A DNA stretch of 52,416 nucleotides from Eubacteriales bacterium (GTDB taxonomy: Bacteria > Bacillota > Clostridia > Oscillospirales > CAG-272): contig JAZNOI010000119.1 of the NCBI GenBank assembly GCA_045580755.1, positions 1-52,416 of the forward strand, read 5' to 3'. The first letter of the stretch is position 1. Every line of letters starts with the position of its first letter. The translations under genes were made by a program, and so were the position numbers. This document shows, one piece after another, positions 19,878-30,561 of this stretch. The notes beneath the pieces were generated by a model. It worked only from the letters and a program-made list of their open reading frames with translations. It ran no database searches and was not told the DNA's origin.

Positions 19878-22158
19878 TGGTCTTCTTGCTTTTTGAGCCC
19901 TTTTCTTCGCGGCTGTAATCGCATTTTTCGTTTCTGCAATAGATCAGTTTCTTTCTCTTTTTCATAAGAAGAGCGTCGCCGCATTTTGGACATTTTTCAC
20001 CGGTAGGCATATCCCATGAAGAGAAGTTACATTCGGGATATTTTTCACAGCTGTAAAAAGTAATGTGCTTTTTGCCGCCCTGTTTCGTGATTATCTTCGA
20101 ACCGCATATAGGGCAGGAAACGCCGGTTTCTTTCACGATCTGTTTTGTGTTACGGCAGGTGGGATAAGCGGAGCAAGCGTAGAACGAGCCGAACTTGCCG
20201 GTGCGTATAACCATTTCGGCACCGCACTTTTCGCAGATCATACCCGTTTTCGTGTCTTCCTTTACGGGTTTTTCTTTCTTTTCTTCTTTAGGTTTACCGT
20301 TCTTGTCGAGGGGTTTTGTGTTGCGGCAGGTCGGGTAGTTGGGACAAGCGGCAAATTTTCCGTATCTGCCGTTTTTAACTATCATTTTTACTCCGCAATG
20401 CTCGCAAATAATATCGGTTTCTTCGGGCGGAATGTCGATTTCGCCTTTTTTTGCGGCTTCTTCTGCTTTTTTGAGGCATTTTTCAAAGCCTTCGTAGAAT
20501 TCCGACAAAACGTGGAGCATATTGTCGTTGCCGTTTTCGATAGAGTCGAGTCTGTCCTCGAGCTGAGCGGTAAATTTGTAGTCAATGATCTCGGGGAAGT
20601 TTTCGATAATAAGTTTAGTCGTCATTTCGCCGAGATAGGTGGGTTTAAGAGACTTGCCCTCTCTTGTTACGTAATCGCGGGCGATAATGGTCGTGATAAT
20701 GGGAGTGTAGGTACTCGGTCTGCCGATACCTTTTTCTTCAAGCTGTTTAACGAGCGAAGCTTCGGTATATCTGGGGGCGGGCTCGGTAAAGTGCTGTTCG
20801 GGAAGAACGCTTTCCTGCTTTAAGATTTCTCCCTCTTTAATTTCAATCGGTTTTGCCTGTTTTTCGGTGTCGGCGAATTCACCGTAATCTCCGGGATCAT
20901 AAACGCAAAGGAAGCCGGGGAATTTTACGTTGTAGCCGCTCGAATGGAAAATATATCCCTCAGATTCAATTTCCGCATTAACTGTGTTGAGCTGAGCGGA
21001 AGCCATCTGCGATGCAAGAAATCTGTCCCAAATTAGCTTATAGAGCTTATATTGGTCGGAAGAAAGGTATTTTCTTATGTTTTCGGGCTCGAACGACATA
21101 GACGACGGACGAATGGCTTCGTGTGCGTCCTGAGAGTTCGATTTCGATTTATAGTATCTTTTTTGTACGGGATAGTATTCGTCACCGTATTTATCTTTTA
21201 TGAACTTTTCTGCATTAGCGGAAGCTTCCTGAGAAATGCGGAGAGAGTCGGTACGCATATAGGTTATAAGACCGTGTACGCCGCCGTTTTCGCTTCCGAG
21301 ATTTACTCCTTCGTAAAGTTCCTGAGCGATCTGCATGATCTTCTGTGAACGGAATCCGAGCTTTCTCGATGCTTCCTGCTGGAGAGTAGACGTTGTGAAG
21401 GGGGGCGCGGGATTGCGGTTCTTAACTGCTTTTTTTACCGATACAACGGTGAAATCGCTATTCTTAACAGCGTTGTATACTCTATCGGAATCCTCTTGGT
21501 TGCCAAGCTCGATCTTTCCGTTTTTATCGCCGTAGAAAACTGCTTTAAAAGGCTTATCTTTAGAGTTGAGCAGATTGGCTGTTATCGTCCAGTATTCCGT
21601 GGGAACGAAGGATCTGATCTCTTCTTCGCGCTCAACGATAAGACGTGTCGCAACGGACTGAACTCTGCCTGCGGAAAGACCGCTTTTGAGAGTTTTCCAG
21701 AGAAAAGGACTTGCCTTGTAACCAACGATCCTGTCGAGGATACGACGGGTCTGCTGAGAGTTTACAAGGTCCATATTTATGGGCTTGGGATTCTTGATCG
21801 CCGCCTTAACTGCGGTTTTTGTGATCTCGTTGAACGAGATCCTTTTTGCATTTGCGGGATCAATGCCCAAAGCATTTGCAAGATGCCATGAAATTGCCTC
21901 ACCTTCGCGGTCAGGGTCAGTTGCAAGGAATACTTTGTTTGCATTCTTAGCTTCTTTTTTTAGTTCAGTGATAAGGGGACCTTTTCCTCTTATGTTAATA
22001 TAACGAGCCTCAAAATTGTTATCTATATCAACGCCGAGCGAGCTTTTGGGCAGATCGCGGACGTGACCTTTCGATGCCGTAACTTTGTAGCCGCTACCGA
22101 GATAGCCTTTTATGGTATTGGCTTTAGCGGGAGATTCCACTATAACGAGATTTGACAT
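19864..22158 (-). CDS. topA: DNA topoisomerase I
   Basis: [44 protein letters not shown]-terminal Zn ribbons. Confidence 0.97.
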   Translation of the reverse strand: MSNLVIVESPAKANTIKGYLGSGYKVTASKGHVRDLPKSSLGVDIDNNFEARYINIRGKGPLITELKKEAKNANKVFLATDPDREGEAISWHLANALGIDPANAKRISFNEITKTAVKAAIKNPKPINMDLVNSQQTRRILDRIVGYKASPFLWKTLKSGLSAGRVQSVATRLIVEREEEIRSFVPTEYWTITANLLNSKDKPFKAVFYGDKNGKIELGNQEDSDRVYNAVKNSDFTVVSVKKAVKNRNPAPPFTTSTLQQEASRKLGFRSQKIMQIAQELYEGVNLGSENGGVHGLITYMRTDSLRISQEASANAEKFIKDKYGDEYYPVQKRYYKSKSNSQDAHEAIRPSSMSFEPENIRKYLSSDQYKLYKLIWDRFLASQMASAQLNTVNAEIESEGYIFHSSGYNVKFPGFLCVYDPGDYGEFADTEKQAKPIEIKEGEILKQESVLPEQHFTEPAPRYTEASLVKQLEEKGIGRPSTYTPIITTIIARDYVTREGKSLKPTYLGEMTTKLIIENFPEIIDYKFTAQLEDRLDSIENGNDNMLHVLSEFYEGFEKCLKKAEEAAKKGEIDIPPEETDIICEHCGVKMIVKNGRYGKFAACPNYPTCRNTKPLDKNGKPKEEKKEKPVKEDTKTGMICEKCGAEMVIRTGKFGSFYACSAYPTCRNTKQIVKETGVSCPICGSKIITKQGGKKHITFYSCEKYPECNFSSWDMPTGEKCPKCGDALLMKKRKKLIYCRNEKCDYSREEKGSKSKKTNDEE

Positions 22159-22217
22159 ATATTCACCTCATATAAATTATGGGATAGATTTTTTAGTAAT
22201 TTGTGCCCGAAAAAGTG

Positions 22218-23450
22218 TTACGAAAGCATATAACTTCCGCCGGGCATACATTTTACTATACCTTGTATTTCAAGAATTGTCAATGAAGACAATGTTTCCG
22301 ATACAGAAACATTTATTGAATAACATATTTCTTCAAGCGTTTTCGGCGTGGTTTTTGAAAGCACTTGGCATATTTTGATATGTTCATCGGGGAGTCCGTC
22401 AAAAGAGGGAAGCGGCTCTTCGGCAGGCTTATTAATGGGTGTTTCTTGTAATTCCGTTTCTTTCGGAACAGCCGGTCTTTTTTGTTTTGCGCCGGTAATG
22501 ACTATATCTTCCGTATTTGTAAAGGGGTTGTTCTTTTTTGTTTTTGAATTTTTTGCGGGATTTATTTTATGGGGGTATAAAAACTCGTATTCGCGCAAAA
22601 TATCGTTTGCGCTTTGTACAGCCTTTGCCCCCGAGCCGATAAGGCTGTTGGGACCGAGACTGTTATATTCTCCGAGTCTGCCGGGGATGGCAAACAGATC
22701 TCTGTTTTGTTCGAGAGCTTTATGCGCTGTGATCATAGCGCCGCTTTTCAGCTGAGCTTCTACTATAAGCGTACCCAAAGAAATGCCGCTGATTATCCTG
22801 TTTCTCTGAGGGAAAGAGTAACGTGTGGCTTTTGTTCCCGGAGCATATTCGGATATAAGCGTGCCGTAAGTTGAAAGTCGATCGTACAGTTCCGAATTTT
22901 CTTTCGGGTATACGACGTCTACGCCGCAACCGAGTATTGCAACTGTTTTTCCGCCCGCGTCCAAAGCAGCTCTGTGGCAAACAGAGTCGATCCCGAACGC
23001 CATACCGCTTATAACGTAGGCACCGCTTAAGGCAAGATCAAAAGAAATTTCGTAAGCGCATCTGCATCCGTACGACGACGGGTTTCTGGTTCCCACGGTT
23101 CCGATGCAGACCTCTTTGTCAAAATCGGGTAACTTACCTTTGTAATAAAGTAATACCGGCGGGTTCTTTATGGTTCTCAATCTCGAGGGGAAAAATTCGT
23201 CCTCGTAAGGCAGTATTCCGATGTTGTTTTTTTGGCAGTCTCTGAGTATTTTTACAGCGCAGTCGGTGGTCTTGTCCGACAGGAAAGCAATAATCTTCTC
23301 GTTTGAATCAAACACTTCGTTCAGTTCTTCTTCTGTTGCCTTATAAATTCTTTCGACAGAGCCGAATTTTTTATACAGTGTAGAAAAAGTCGGTGTATCG
23401 GGAGCGCATTTACAGCTCAGCCATACCCAATAAAGCAAATTATCAGTCAT
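22218..23450 (-). CDS. dprA: DNA-processing protein DprA
   Basis: PPVLLYYKG, VGTR, ISGMAFGID, FPQRNRIISG, SGAMITA. Confidence 0.95.
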   Translation of the reverse strand: MTDNLLYWVWLSCKCAPDTPTFSTLYKKFGSVERIYKATEEELNEVFDSNEKIIAFLSDKTTDCAVKILRDCQKNNIGILPYEDEFFPSRLRTIKNPPVLLYYKGKLPDFDKEVCIGTVGTRNPSSYGCRCAYEISFDLALSGAYVISGMAFGIDSVCHRAALDAGGKTVAILGCGVDVVYPKENSELYDRLSTYGTLISEYAPGTKATRYSFPQRNRIISGISLGTLIVEAQLKSGAMITAHKALEQNRDLFAIPGRLGEYNSLGPNSLIGSGAKAVQSANDILREYEFLYPHKINPAKNSKTKKNNPFTNTEDIVITGAKQKRPAVPKETELQETPINKPAEEPLPSFDGLPDEHIKICQVLSKTTPKTLEEICYSINVSVSETLSSLTILEIQGIVKCMPGGSYMLS

Positions 23451-23451
23451 G

Positions 23452-24234
23452 TTATCTGTACGCCTCCCAAAGAACTACCGTAGCAGCCGACGAAACGTTG
23501 AGGGATTCGGCGTCTTTTTCCATGGGGATAATAACCGTTCCCGTACAGCTGTCGATAACTTTTTCGTCGAGTCCGTGACCCTCGTTGCCCATAACGAAGC
23601 AACAGTTTTTAACGTTTTTGACCTGTTGGAGCTCGATCGCTTTATCGGTCAGCGCCGTTGCGTATACGTCGATGCCTTCCGATCTTATTTTACTTATAGT
23701 ATTGCAAAGGTCGTCGGAAATATATATCTTTGTTCTGAAAATAGCGCCCATAGAGGCTCTGACCGTTTTTTGATTGTAAATATCCGCGCAGTCACTCGAT
23801 ATAACGAGAGTTTTCTTTCCGAAGGCTGCCGACGTTCTGACTATCGTTCCGAGGTTTCCGGGATCCTGAAGACCCGAAAGAATAAGGCAGGGAGAGGAAA
23901 GCTTGAAGCTGTCCGTATCGCCTGTTTTGGCGTGCAGCTCGTCAAGATATTTCGCGACACAAATAATACCTTCGGGAGCGGAATTTTCTGACATTTTCAT
24001 ACACACTGAATCCGAAACGAGTACGGAAATGTCCATATCTGCAATTTCGGGATATTTTTGTGCGCATCTCTCCGTCAGAAAAATATTTTCGAGAATGACG
24101 TTTGACTCGATCGCCTCTCTTGTCAGTTTTATTCCTTCAAAGATAAAAGACTTTCTCTTTTCGCGGTACTTTTTTTCTTTGAGTTTTGCCGTTTCAACAA
24201 CGAGCGGATTGTTTCTGCTTGTTATCATATCCAA
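23452..24234 (-). CDS. TrmH/SpoU family RNA methyltransferase
   Basis: ITSRNN, FIFEG, QDPGNLGTIVR, VMGNEGHG, ESLNVSSAA; start placed at the TTG after AAAGGGGG (ATG at 24228 also possible). Confidence 0.9.
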   Translation of the reverse strand: MDMITSRNNPLVVETAKLKEKKYREKRKSFIFEGIKLTREAIESNVILENIFLTERCAQKYPEIADMDISVLVSDSVCMKMSENSAPEGIICVAKYLDELHAKTGDTDSFKLSSPCLILSGLQDPGNLGTIVRTSAAFGKKTLVISSDCADIYNQKTVRASMGAIFRTKIYISDDLCNTISKIRSEGIDVYATALTDKAIELQQVKNVKNCCFVMGNEGHGLDEKVIDSCTGTVIIPMEKDAESLNVSSAATVVLWEAYR

Positions 24235-24334
24235 AGTGAAAGCCCCCTTTCTTTTTAGAAAAATGTGTAAAAAAACACGCGAATATGACGGTGTATGACA
24301 TAATGCAACAAAATGCAACTATGCCTTTTGTAGC

Positions 24335-24364
24335 ACAAAAACCCGGGTGAATCCGGGTTTTTGT
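24335..24364 (-). terminator. intrinsic terminator after rplT
   Basis: ACAAAAACCCGG-gtgaat-CCGGGTTTTTGT inverted repeat. Confidence 0.8.
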
Positions 24365-24376
24365 TAGTATTATAAC

Positions 24377-24733
24377 TTATTTAAGTGCTTCTTTAGCTTT
24401 TTCTACGATAGCAGCAAAAGCTTCTTTATCGGATACTGCAATCTCGGAGAGCATCTTTCTGTTGAGGTTGATGCCTGCGAGCTTGAGGCCGTGCATAAGC
24501 TGTGAATAGTTGATTCCGTTTACCTTTGCCTGAGCAGAGATTCTGGTGATCCAGAGTGCGCGGAAATCTCTCTTCTTCTGCTTTCTTCCTACGTATGCGT
24601 AGTTACCGCTCTTCATTACAGCCTGCTTAGCCATCTTGAAGTGCTTGCTCTTTGCACCCCAATAGCCTTTAGCGAGCTTGAGTATTTTATTTCTTCTCTT
24701 GCGAGTCATCATAGCGCCTTTAACTCTTGCCAT
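24377..24733 (-). CDS. rplT: 50S ribosomal protein L20
   Basis: MARVKG...LAKGYWG...[16 protein letters not shown]...NRKMLSEIA. Confidence 0.98.
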   Translation of the reverse strand: MARVKGAMMTRKRRNKILKLAKGYWGAKSKHFKMAKQAVMKSGNYAYVGRKQKKRDFRALWITRISAQAKVNGINYSQLMHGLKLAGINLNRKMLSEIAVSDKEAFAAIVEKAKEALK

Positions 24734-24767
24734 TGTTTTGTCCTCCTGCTTTCAATTAATTTATCAA

Positions 24768-24959
24768 TTATTTAATAAGTGTTCTTACTGTCGGTGCCAT
24801 AGATTCGCTGAGGTAGCCTGCTTTTCTCAAGCTTCTCTTACGCTTTGCGTTCTTAAGACCGAGGTTGTGACGGTGATGCGAATGGTTGATTTTTACCTTG
24901 CCGCTCTTTGTAAGAGTAAATCTCTTAGCAGAGGCGCTGTGTGTTTTCATTTTTCCCAT
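24768..24959 (-). CDS. rpmI: 50S ribosomal protein L35
   Basis: MGKMKTHSASAKRF...; between infC and rplT; AGGAG RBS. Confidence 0.95.
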   Translation of the reverse strand: MGKMKTHSASAKRFTLTKSGKVKINHSHHRHNLGLKNAKRKRSLRKAGYLSESMAPTVRTLIK

Positions 24960-25043
24960 AGTAATGGACTCCTTTCTGGTATTATGCGTTATTGTACCGC
25001 GTGCGCGGCACCGCAAAATTCATAAAATTTTCTCTTTGAGTTT

Positions 25044-25595
25044 TTATTTAGAGTTCTTGACGGGAACTATCATCATAGACATAAATCTGCCTTCGAGAAC
25101 GGGCTGTTTTTCAACAGTGCCGAATTCCTGACAAGCCTCCTGGAACTGAGCGAGAAGCTCTTTTCCGATGTCGAGGTGTGTCATCTGACGTCCCTTGAAC
25201 TTTACAATAACTTTAACTTTGTCTCCGCCCTTCAAAAATCTGTGAGCGTGATTTACTTTAGTATTGAAATCGTTTACGTCAATTCTGCAAGAGAGCTGAA
25301 TTTCTTTCGTTTCAATAGTCTGCTGTTTCTTTCTTGCTTCCTTTTCGCGTTTGTCGCGTTCGAAGCGGAATTTGCCGTAGTCCATGATCTTGCAGACGGG
25401 GGGATCGGACTGTGCCGACATAAGTACGAGGTCAAGACCTTTGTCGTATGCGTTTTCCAATGCATCGATAAAGCTCAACATACCGAGCTGCTCGCCCTCG
25501 TTGGAAATAACTCGGAACATTTTTGAGTCGGAACATTTGAGTTCTGCTTTGATGTCCTCGTTTATGATATTGTCTTTAGCGTTCGTGTTTTTTAT
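25044..25595 (-). CDS. infC: translation initiation factor IF-3 with a probable non-canonical ATA start
   Basis: PPVCKIMDYGKF, KVKVIVKFKGRQ; GGAGGTG RBS followed by TTTT ATA ATA and no nearby ATG. Confidence 0.95.
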   Translation of the reverse strand: MKNTNAKDNIINEDIKAELKCSDSKMFRVISNEGEQLGMLSFIDALENAYDKGLDLVLMSAQSDPPVCKIMDYGKFRFERDKREKEARKKQQTIETKEIQLSCRIDVNDFNTKVNHAHRFLKGGDKVKVIVKFKGRQMTHLDIGKELLAQFQEACQEFGTVEKQPVLEGRFMSMMIVPVKNSK

Positions 25596-25624
25596 TATAA
25601 AACACCTCCACAAAAAAATAAAAA

Positions 25625-25745
25625 ATGCGCGACAGTCAAAACAACTCCGCACAAATCAACGACATATAAAAAATACGCCTTCAATCTATTAACCCGTGCA
25701 AGTCGATCACCGCAGGGTGAGAACGGAGCGTTCTGCTTCTTTTTA
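25625..25745 (-). promoter_or_regulatory. L20 ribosomal protein leader (autogenous control of infC-rpmI-rplT)
   Basis: Minus strand AGAAGCAGAACGCTCCGTTCTCACCC...GGGTTAA resembles the Firmicutes L20 leader; position between promoter and infC. Confidence 0.7.
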
Positions 25746-25752
25746 CCGTGTT

Positions 25753-25781
25753 ATTATAGCACGGGTAATCATTCTTGTCAA
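25753..25781 (-). promoter_or_regulatory. sigma-A promoter of the infC operon
   Basis: TTGACA, 17 bp, TGcTATAAT (extended -10). Confidence 0.85.
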
Positions 25782-25827
25782 GGGATTTGACAAAAAATAT
25801 TTTTACCCGCGCTTGATTGCGGACCTA

Positions 25828-25856
25828 TTGCAATTTTTTTACCGTTGTGCTATAAT
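25828..25856 (+). promoter_or_regulatory. divergent sigma-A promoter
   Basis: TTGCAA, 17 bp, TGcTATAAT. Confidence 0.65.
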
Positions 25857-25897
25857 ATATAAATAATATGGAAGTTCTTTACAGAAAGCGTGGTGAG

Positions 25898-26809
25898 ATG
25901 ATGGCAGAAGAAAAGAAACCGATCGGTGCGGACAACGGATCAAAACCGAACAATGCCGATAGAAATATAAATTCGCAGCCTGTTTTGAATCAAAGACCGG
26001 TCAGAACACATGGGCAGGCAGCAAACGTCGGCGCGCGAATGAATATAAAAGAACAGACTCCGTCTATGAGACGAAGTGCAAAAGAGGCTAAGAGAATAAA
26101 CCCCGAAGCTCCCGAAATACAAAGAAGTGCAAAAAGGGCGCAGGGCTACAAGATCAAAAAGAAAAAGAAGATCCTGACTCCCGAAGTGATTTTCTGTGCG
26201 GTCGTTTTTGTGATTATTTTCGCTTTGATGTCGGGCATGATCGCTCTGTCGTTTTATCTCAATCTAACGCATACGGAGCAAAAGGATTACGGTGATCTGA
26301 AGATCACAATGGGGCTTTCCAATAAGGTAAACGAGATTGAAAGCCAAAGCATACGCCAGGAAAAATACATCCGCGGCGGCGTGATGTATCTGGATATGAC
26401 CGAGATCGCAAGTTGTTTTGAATTTGTCGTAACGGGCGAAAAGAGCGAACGCAGATATATAACAGACGTAAAAAACGGTGAATACGTCAGATTTTATACC
26501 GGATCATCGGTAGCCGAGATAAACGGAACTATGATCAGACTTGATTCTTCGGTCATAAAAGACGGGGAAAGCGTCTTTGTTCCCGTGAGTTTTTTTGATG
26601 ATTACGTAAACGGAATGAAGGTCGATTTCGATGAAGACGAGGCTATGATCTCGGTTCTTCGGCTTACCGAATTTGACGAAAAAGACAGGATAGTTGAAGC
26701 GAAGATCAGCTTCAAACTGAAAAAGTCGGGGGAGTGCGCTCATATCGACGAGAATAAGCTCACCGAAGAAGAAAAGAATCTCACCCTTTTCAGCGGTCTT
26801 GAAAGCTGA
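25898..26809 (+). CDS. membrane-anchored protein with a copper-amine-oxidase N-terminal (stalk)-like domain
   Basis: Disordered basic N-terminus, one TM helix, then AEINGTMIRLDSSVIKDGESVFVPVSFF stalk-type motif. Confidence 0.6.
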   Translation: MMAEEKKPIGADNGSKPNNADRNINSQPVLNQRPVRTHGQAANVGARMNIKEQTPSMRRSAKEAKRINPEAPEIQRSAKRAQGYKIKKKKKILTPEVIFCAVVFVIIFALMSGMIALSFYLNLTHTEQKDYGDLKITMGLSNKVNEIESQSIRQEKYIRGGVMYLDMTEIASCFEFVVTGEKSERRYITDVKNGEYVRFYTGSSVAEINGTMIRLDSSVIKDGESVFVPVSFFDDYVNGMKVDFDEDEAMISVLRLTEFDEKDRIVEAKISFKLKKSGECAHIDENKLTEEEKNLTLFSGLES

Positions 26810-26862
26810 AAAAAGAAGAATAAAAAACAGAGAAACAGATAATATAGGTTGAAAGAATAACT

Positions 26863-27966
26863 ATGGTAGCATATAAGTGCAGAAGATGCGGCAGTGTGTT
26901 GCAGATAACAAGCAGTAATATTGCAGTATGCAGACATTGCGGCGCAAAATATTCGCTCCCTAAAAGTGCAGGGGCTGCATCCGGCGGTGCAAGGGGCTCC
27001 GTGAACAGAAACGCCGGTCGAAATACGGGACGCAGAAAGAAAAAGAACAGCGGCAACAACACGGTTCTGATAATTGCCGCTTTGCTTATAATTGCCGTTT
27101 TGGCAATTTCTTTATTCGTTGTGCTGTCGGGGAACGATCAGGGTTCAGAGAAGTATAAGGACGATGATGAACGTACCGAAAATAACGTAAACGATCCCGA
27201 AACCGAAGACAAGACCGAGACTGAAACAAAAGAACCCGAAACAACGGAAGAACCGGATGAGCCCGAAGAACCCGAAGTTATTCCCGAATTTAAAGCAGAT
27301 CTTTCGGATTATGAAATGTATATGAATCCTACGGGCGATCAAAGAGATGCTTATCTTGTAGTTGTAAACGTTGACAATCCGCTTCCTGCGGACTATAAGG
27401 CGACGGATATGATAAACGTAAAAAGCACGCGTAAAGACGGCAGACAGACACAGCAGTTGCGTGAATATGCCGCAAAGGCTCTTGAAGCTTTGATGCTTGA
27501 GGCAGAGGCGTGCGGAATGATCAGAACGAATACTCCGAGCGGCTATCCTTTATCTGTTATGAGTGCGTACAGAAGCTACGAATACCAGGGACAGCTTTTC
27601 AACCAGTACGTGAACAGTGAGATGGCGAACAGAGGCATTAGCCGAGCTGCTGCCGAGAAGATCGTTGAAAAATATTCAAACAGACCGGGCACGAGTGAGC
27701 ACCAGGCGGGACTTTGTGTGGATATGCACACACACCCATCGGCAAATCAGGGCTTTAAGAATGAGCCCGAAGCAAAATGGCTTGCAGAGAACTGTTACAA
27801 GTTTGGATTCATTTTGAGATATCCCGAGGATAAGATGGAGCAGACTAAAGGTATTATGTACGAGCCTTGGCACTTCAGATATGTTGGCAGATATCATGCA
27901 ACGAAGATGCATGAGCTTAATATGTGTCTCGAAGAATACGTTGAATATTTGGAAAACAAAGCATAA
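26863..27966 (+). CDS. M15B (VanY/LdcB-like) carboxypeptidase with N-terminal Zn ribbon and TM anchor
   Basis: SAYRSYEYQ, PGTSEHQAGLCVD (SxHxxGxxxD), GFILRYP, YEPWHFRYVG; CRRC/CRHC at the N-terminus. Confidence 0.88.
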   Translation: MVAYKCRRCGSVLQITSSNIAVCRHCGAKYSLPKSAGAASGGARGSVNRNAGRNTGRRKKKNSGNNTVLIIAALLIIAVLAISLFVVLSGNDQGSEKYKDDDERTENNVNDPETEDKTETETKEPETTEEPDEPEEPEVIPEFKADLSDYEMYMNPTGDQRDAYLVVVNVDNPLPADYKATDMINVKSTRKDGRQTQQLREYAAKALEALMLEAEACGMIRTNTPSGYPLSVMSAYRSYEYQGQLFNQYVNSEMANRGISRAAAEKIVEKYSNRPGTSEHQAGLCVDMHTHPSANQGFKNEPEAKWLAENCYKFGFILRYPEDKMEQTKGIMYEPWHFRYVGRYHATKMHELNMCLEEYVEYLENKA

Positions 27967-28008
27967 AAAAAGACCTCCGTTTTTAGTTCAAACGGAGGTC
28001 TTTTGTTT
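27967..28008 (+). terminator. intrinsic (probably bidirectional) terminator
   Basis: AAAAGACCTCCGTTT...AAACGGAGGTCTTTT. Confidence 0.8.
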
Positions 28009-28013
28009 GTTTA

Positions 28014-28050
28014 AATACACCGAAGGTAGTGTGAAGCATACACACTACCT
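28014..28050 (+). repeat. dispersed palindrome, copy 1 (AATACA + AGTG...CAC.CT hairpin)
   Basis: AATACA-ccga-AGGTAGTGTG-aagcata-CACACTACCT; similar to 40795-40833 and 43408-43449. Confidence 0.55.
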
Positions 28051-28063
28051 CTTATTTTTAATT

Positions 28064-28921
28064 TTAATTAATTGATTTTTTTAGAAAGTCTACGGCATCG
28101 CCGATGTTCTGAACGGGGTCAAGTCCTGCCTCTCTCTCGACTGTCAAGAATCCTTTATAGCCGATATCTTCAAGCGCCTTCAAATAAGCAGGGAAGTTTA
28201 CGTCGCCTTCTCCAAGCGCCTTCTCTTCAAAAAATTTCATAGCTTTAACTTCGGGGGGAATCGGGTGTACGACGCGGTAAATAAACTCGGGATTTCCCTT
28301 GTTTATCATAACGCCGTCTTTTGCATGAGTGTGAACGATATATTTTGCGAGGTTCTTTACAGCCTCAACGGAGTCCTCTCCGATGACCATACGAAGGTTT
28401 GCGGGGTCGAAGTTTACCGCAACACCGTCTGATCCCAAAGACTCGATAAATCTAACGAGGGTGGTCGATCTTTCGGGACCCGTTTCGATTGCGAAGTACG
28501 ATCCGTTTTTGTGGGCGTACTCGGCAAGCTCCGAGCACGCCTCCTGCATGATCTTAAATCTTTCGTGGTCGGGGTCTTCGGGGACGACACCGATATGGGT
28601 CGTAACGATATTTGTGCCGAGATCGTTTGCCAGATCAAGTATCTTTTTCAGCTTTGCAACGAGTACGGGGTTTCTTTCTTTATCGCTAAAGCCCATGCCC
28701 ATATCTCCGCAAAGGGCAGAAAAGACGAGACCTGCGTCAGCTACCTGTTTCTTCAGGGCTTTTCTTGCTTCTCCGTCCATATTTTCGGGCGAGCTTATTC
28801 CTTTTGTGGCATACATTTGTATACCGTCAACGCCCATTCTTGCGGCAAGATCAATTGCCGTGGATCTGTCGGTCTTAAAACCGTCTATAATTACGCCGAT
28901 TGGAAATCTGTACATATTCAT
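28064..28921 (-). CDS. sugar phosphate isomerase/epimerase (xylose-isomerase-like TIM barrel)
   Basis: FAIETGPE, VNFDPANL, HTHAKD, LGEGDVNF, LTVERE metal-binding pattern. Confidence 0.85.
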   Translation of the reverse strand: MNMYRFPIGVIIDGFKTDRSTAIDLAARMGVDGIQMYATKGISSPENMDGEARKALKKQVADAGLVFSALCGDMGMGFSDKERNPVLVAKLKKILDLANDLGTNIVTTHIGVVPEDPDHERFKIMQEACSELAEYAHKNGSYFAIETGPERSTTLVRFIESLGSDGVAVNFDPANLRMVIGEDSVEAVKNLAKYIVHTHAKDGVMINKGNPEFIYRVVHPIPPEVKAMKFFEEKALGEGDVNFPAYLKALEDIGYKGFLTVEREAGLDPVQNIGDAVDFLKKSIN

Positions 28922-28985
28922 TTACCTTTCGATCATAAGAGACACGGGCTGATGCGCATGCAGCAACCCGTGTGTAGTTTTTATA

Positions 28986-30536
28986 TTAGTGTTTGAAGTG
29001 TCTTTTTCCCGTGAATACCATTGCAATGCCGTATTTGTTGCAAGCGTCAATGGATTCCTGGTCTCTGATACTTCCTCCGGGCTGGATAATAGCCGTAATG
29101 CCTGCTTTGTGAGCGGCTTCAACGCAGTCTGCAAAGGGGAAGAACGCGTCGCTGGCCATTACGCTGCCCTTAACCTTGTCGCCGCCGTATTTGATAGCAA
29201 GCTCAAGTGCGGTAATTCTGTTTGTCTGGCCGGGGCCGATACCAACCGTGGCTCCGTCTTTTGCGAGTGCAATACCGTTTGATTTTGTATGCTTAACTAC
29301 CTTCATAGCGAACTTCATATCGCGGAGTTCTTCTGCGGTGGGAGCCTTTTCGGTTACAACTTTAACGTCTGCATCGTCATACATTTCGGTATTGAGCTCC
29401 TGAACGAGGAGACCGCCGGCAACCTTTTTCATATCGAACATTTCTTTGCTGTTGGGCTTTGCGATCTCGGGGAGACGGAGAACTCTGAGGTTCTTCTTCG
29501 TGCAGAGGATCTGCAAAGCTTCAGCGTCATATTCGGGAGCGATGATGATCTCGAGGAAGAGCTCGGAAAGCTTCTGTGCGGTTTTTGAATCAACGGTTCT
29601 GTTGAAAGCGACGATTCCGCCGAAAATGGAAACGGGGTCGGCTTCATAAGCTCTCATATATGCTTCGTAAACCGATTCGCCGATACCGACACCGCAAGGA
29701 TTTGCGTGCTTCAATGCAACGCAGCAAATGTCATCGCCGAATTCTTTGATAGTGTCGAGAGCGCCGTTGGCATCGTTGATATTATTGTAAGAAAGTTCTT
29801 TTCCGTTGAGCTGTTCTGCTGCAGCGAGAGTACCTTCAAAGCCTTTTCCTACTTCGCGGTAGAATGCAGCTGCTTGATGGGGGTTCTCGCCGTATCTCAT
29901 TTCGCTGACTTTTTCGTAAGTGAGAGAAAGCTTTTCGGGGAATGCGGGCATTCCGCTTTCTTTTCTGAGGTAGCCCGAAATGAGAGTGTCGTAAGCTGCG
30001 GTATGCTCAAAAACTTTGTATGAAAGCTTGAGTTTCGTATCTCTAGAAACTTCGCCGTTCGCTTCAAGCTCGCCTGTTACTGTGTCGTAGTCAACGGGGT
30101 CAACGATAACCGCAACGTCCTGCCAGTTCTTTGCTGCTGCACGGAGCATTGTGGGGCCGCCGATGTCGATGTTTTCTATTGCGTCTTCGCGTGTAACGTT
30201 GTCCTTAAGGATGGTCTGCTTAAAGGGATAAAGGTTGATCGCAACGATGTCGATGGGCGTAACGCCGAGTTCTTCGATCTGCTTCATGTGTTCTGCGTTA
30301 TCTCTCATAGCGAGAATGCCTGCGTGTATCATCGGATGGAGAGTCTTGACTCTTCCGTCGAGGCACTCGGGGAATCCCGTAACGTCGGAAACGTTTGTTA
30401 CTGCAATGCCGTTATCGGTGAGGGTCTTTGCCGTACCGCCGGTGGAGAGTATTTCATAACCCAATTTTTCGAGGCGGCGTGCAAATTCAACAACGCCGGT
30501 TTTGTCCGATAAACTGATTATAGCGCGCTTTTTCAT
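28986..30536 (-). CDS. purH: bifunctional AICAR transformylase/IMP cyclohydrolase
   Basis: [51 protein letters not shown]. Confidence 0.97.
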   Translation of the reverse strand: MKKRAIISLSDKTGVVEFARRLEKLGYEILSTGGTAKTLTDNGIAVTNVSDVTGFPECLDGRVKTLHPMIHAGILAMRDNAEHMKQIEELGVTPIDIVAINLYPFKQTILKDNVTREDAIENIDIGGPTMLRAAAKNWQDVAVIVDPVDYDTVTGELEANGEVSRDTKLKLSYKVFEHTAAYDTLISGYLRKESGMPAFPEKLSLTYEKVSEMRYGENPHQAAAFYREVGKGFEGTLAAAEQLNGKELSYNNINDANGALDTIKEFGDDICCVALKHANPCGVGIGESVYEAYMRAYEADPVSIFGGIVAFNRTVDSKTAQKLSELFLEIIIAPEYDAEALQILCTKKNLRVLRLPEIAKPNSKEMFDMKKVAGGLLVQELNTEMYDDADVKVVTEKAPTAEELRDMKFAMKVVKHTKSNGIALAKDGATVGIGPGQTNRITALELAIKYGGDKVKGSVMASDAFFPFADCVEAAHKAGITAIIQPGGSIRDQESIDACNKYGIAMVFTGKRHFKH

Positions 30537-30561
30537 AGTGTTTTCACCTTTCTTTGTGTGT

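Noticed and set aside
1403-23450. comM and dprA as a mobile or novel DNA-uptake system
   Set aside because: Both are widespread chromosomal genes; dprA-topA-trmFO is a standard Firmicute arrangement.
26863-27966. Vancomycin resistance (vanY)
   Set aside because: M15B peptidases are common housekeeping enzymes, and no vanA/B ligase, vanH, vanX or vanRS is nearby.
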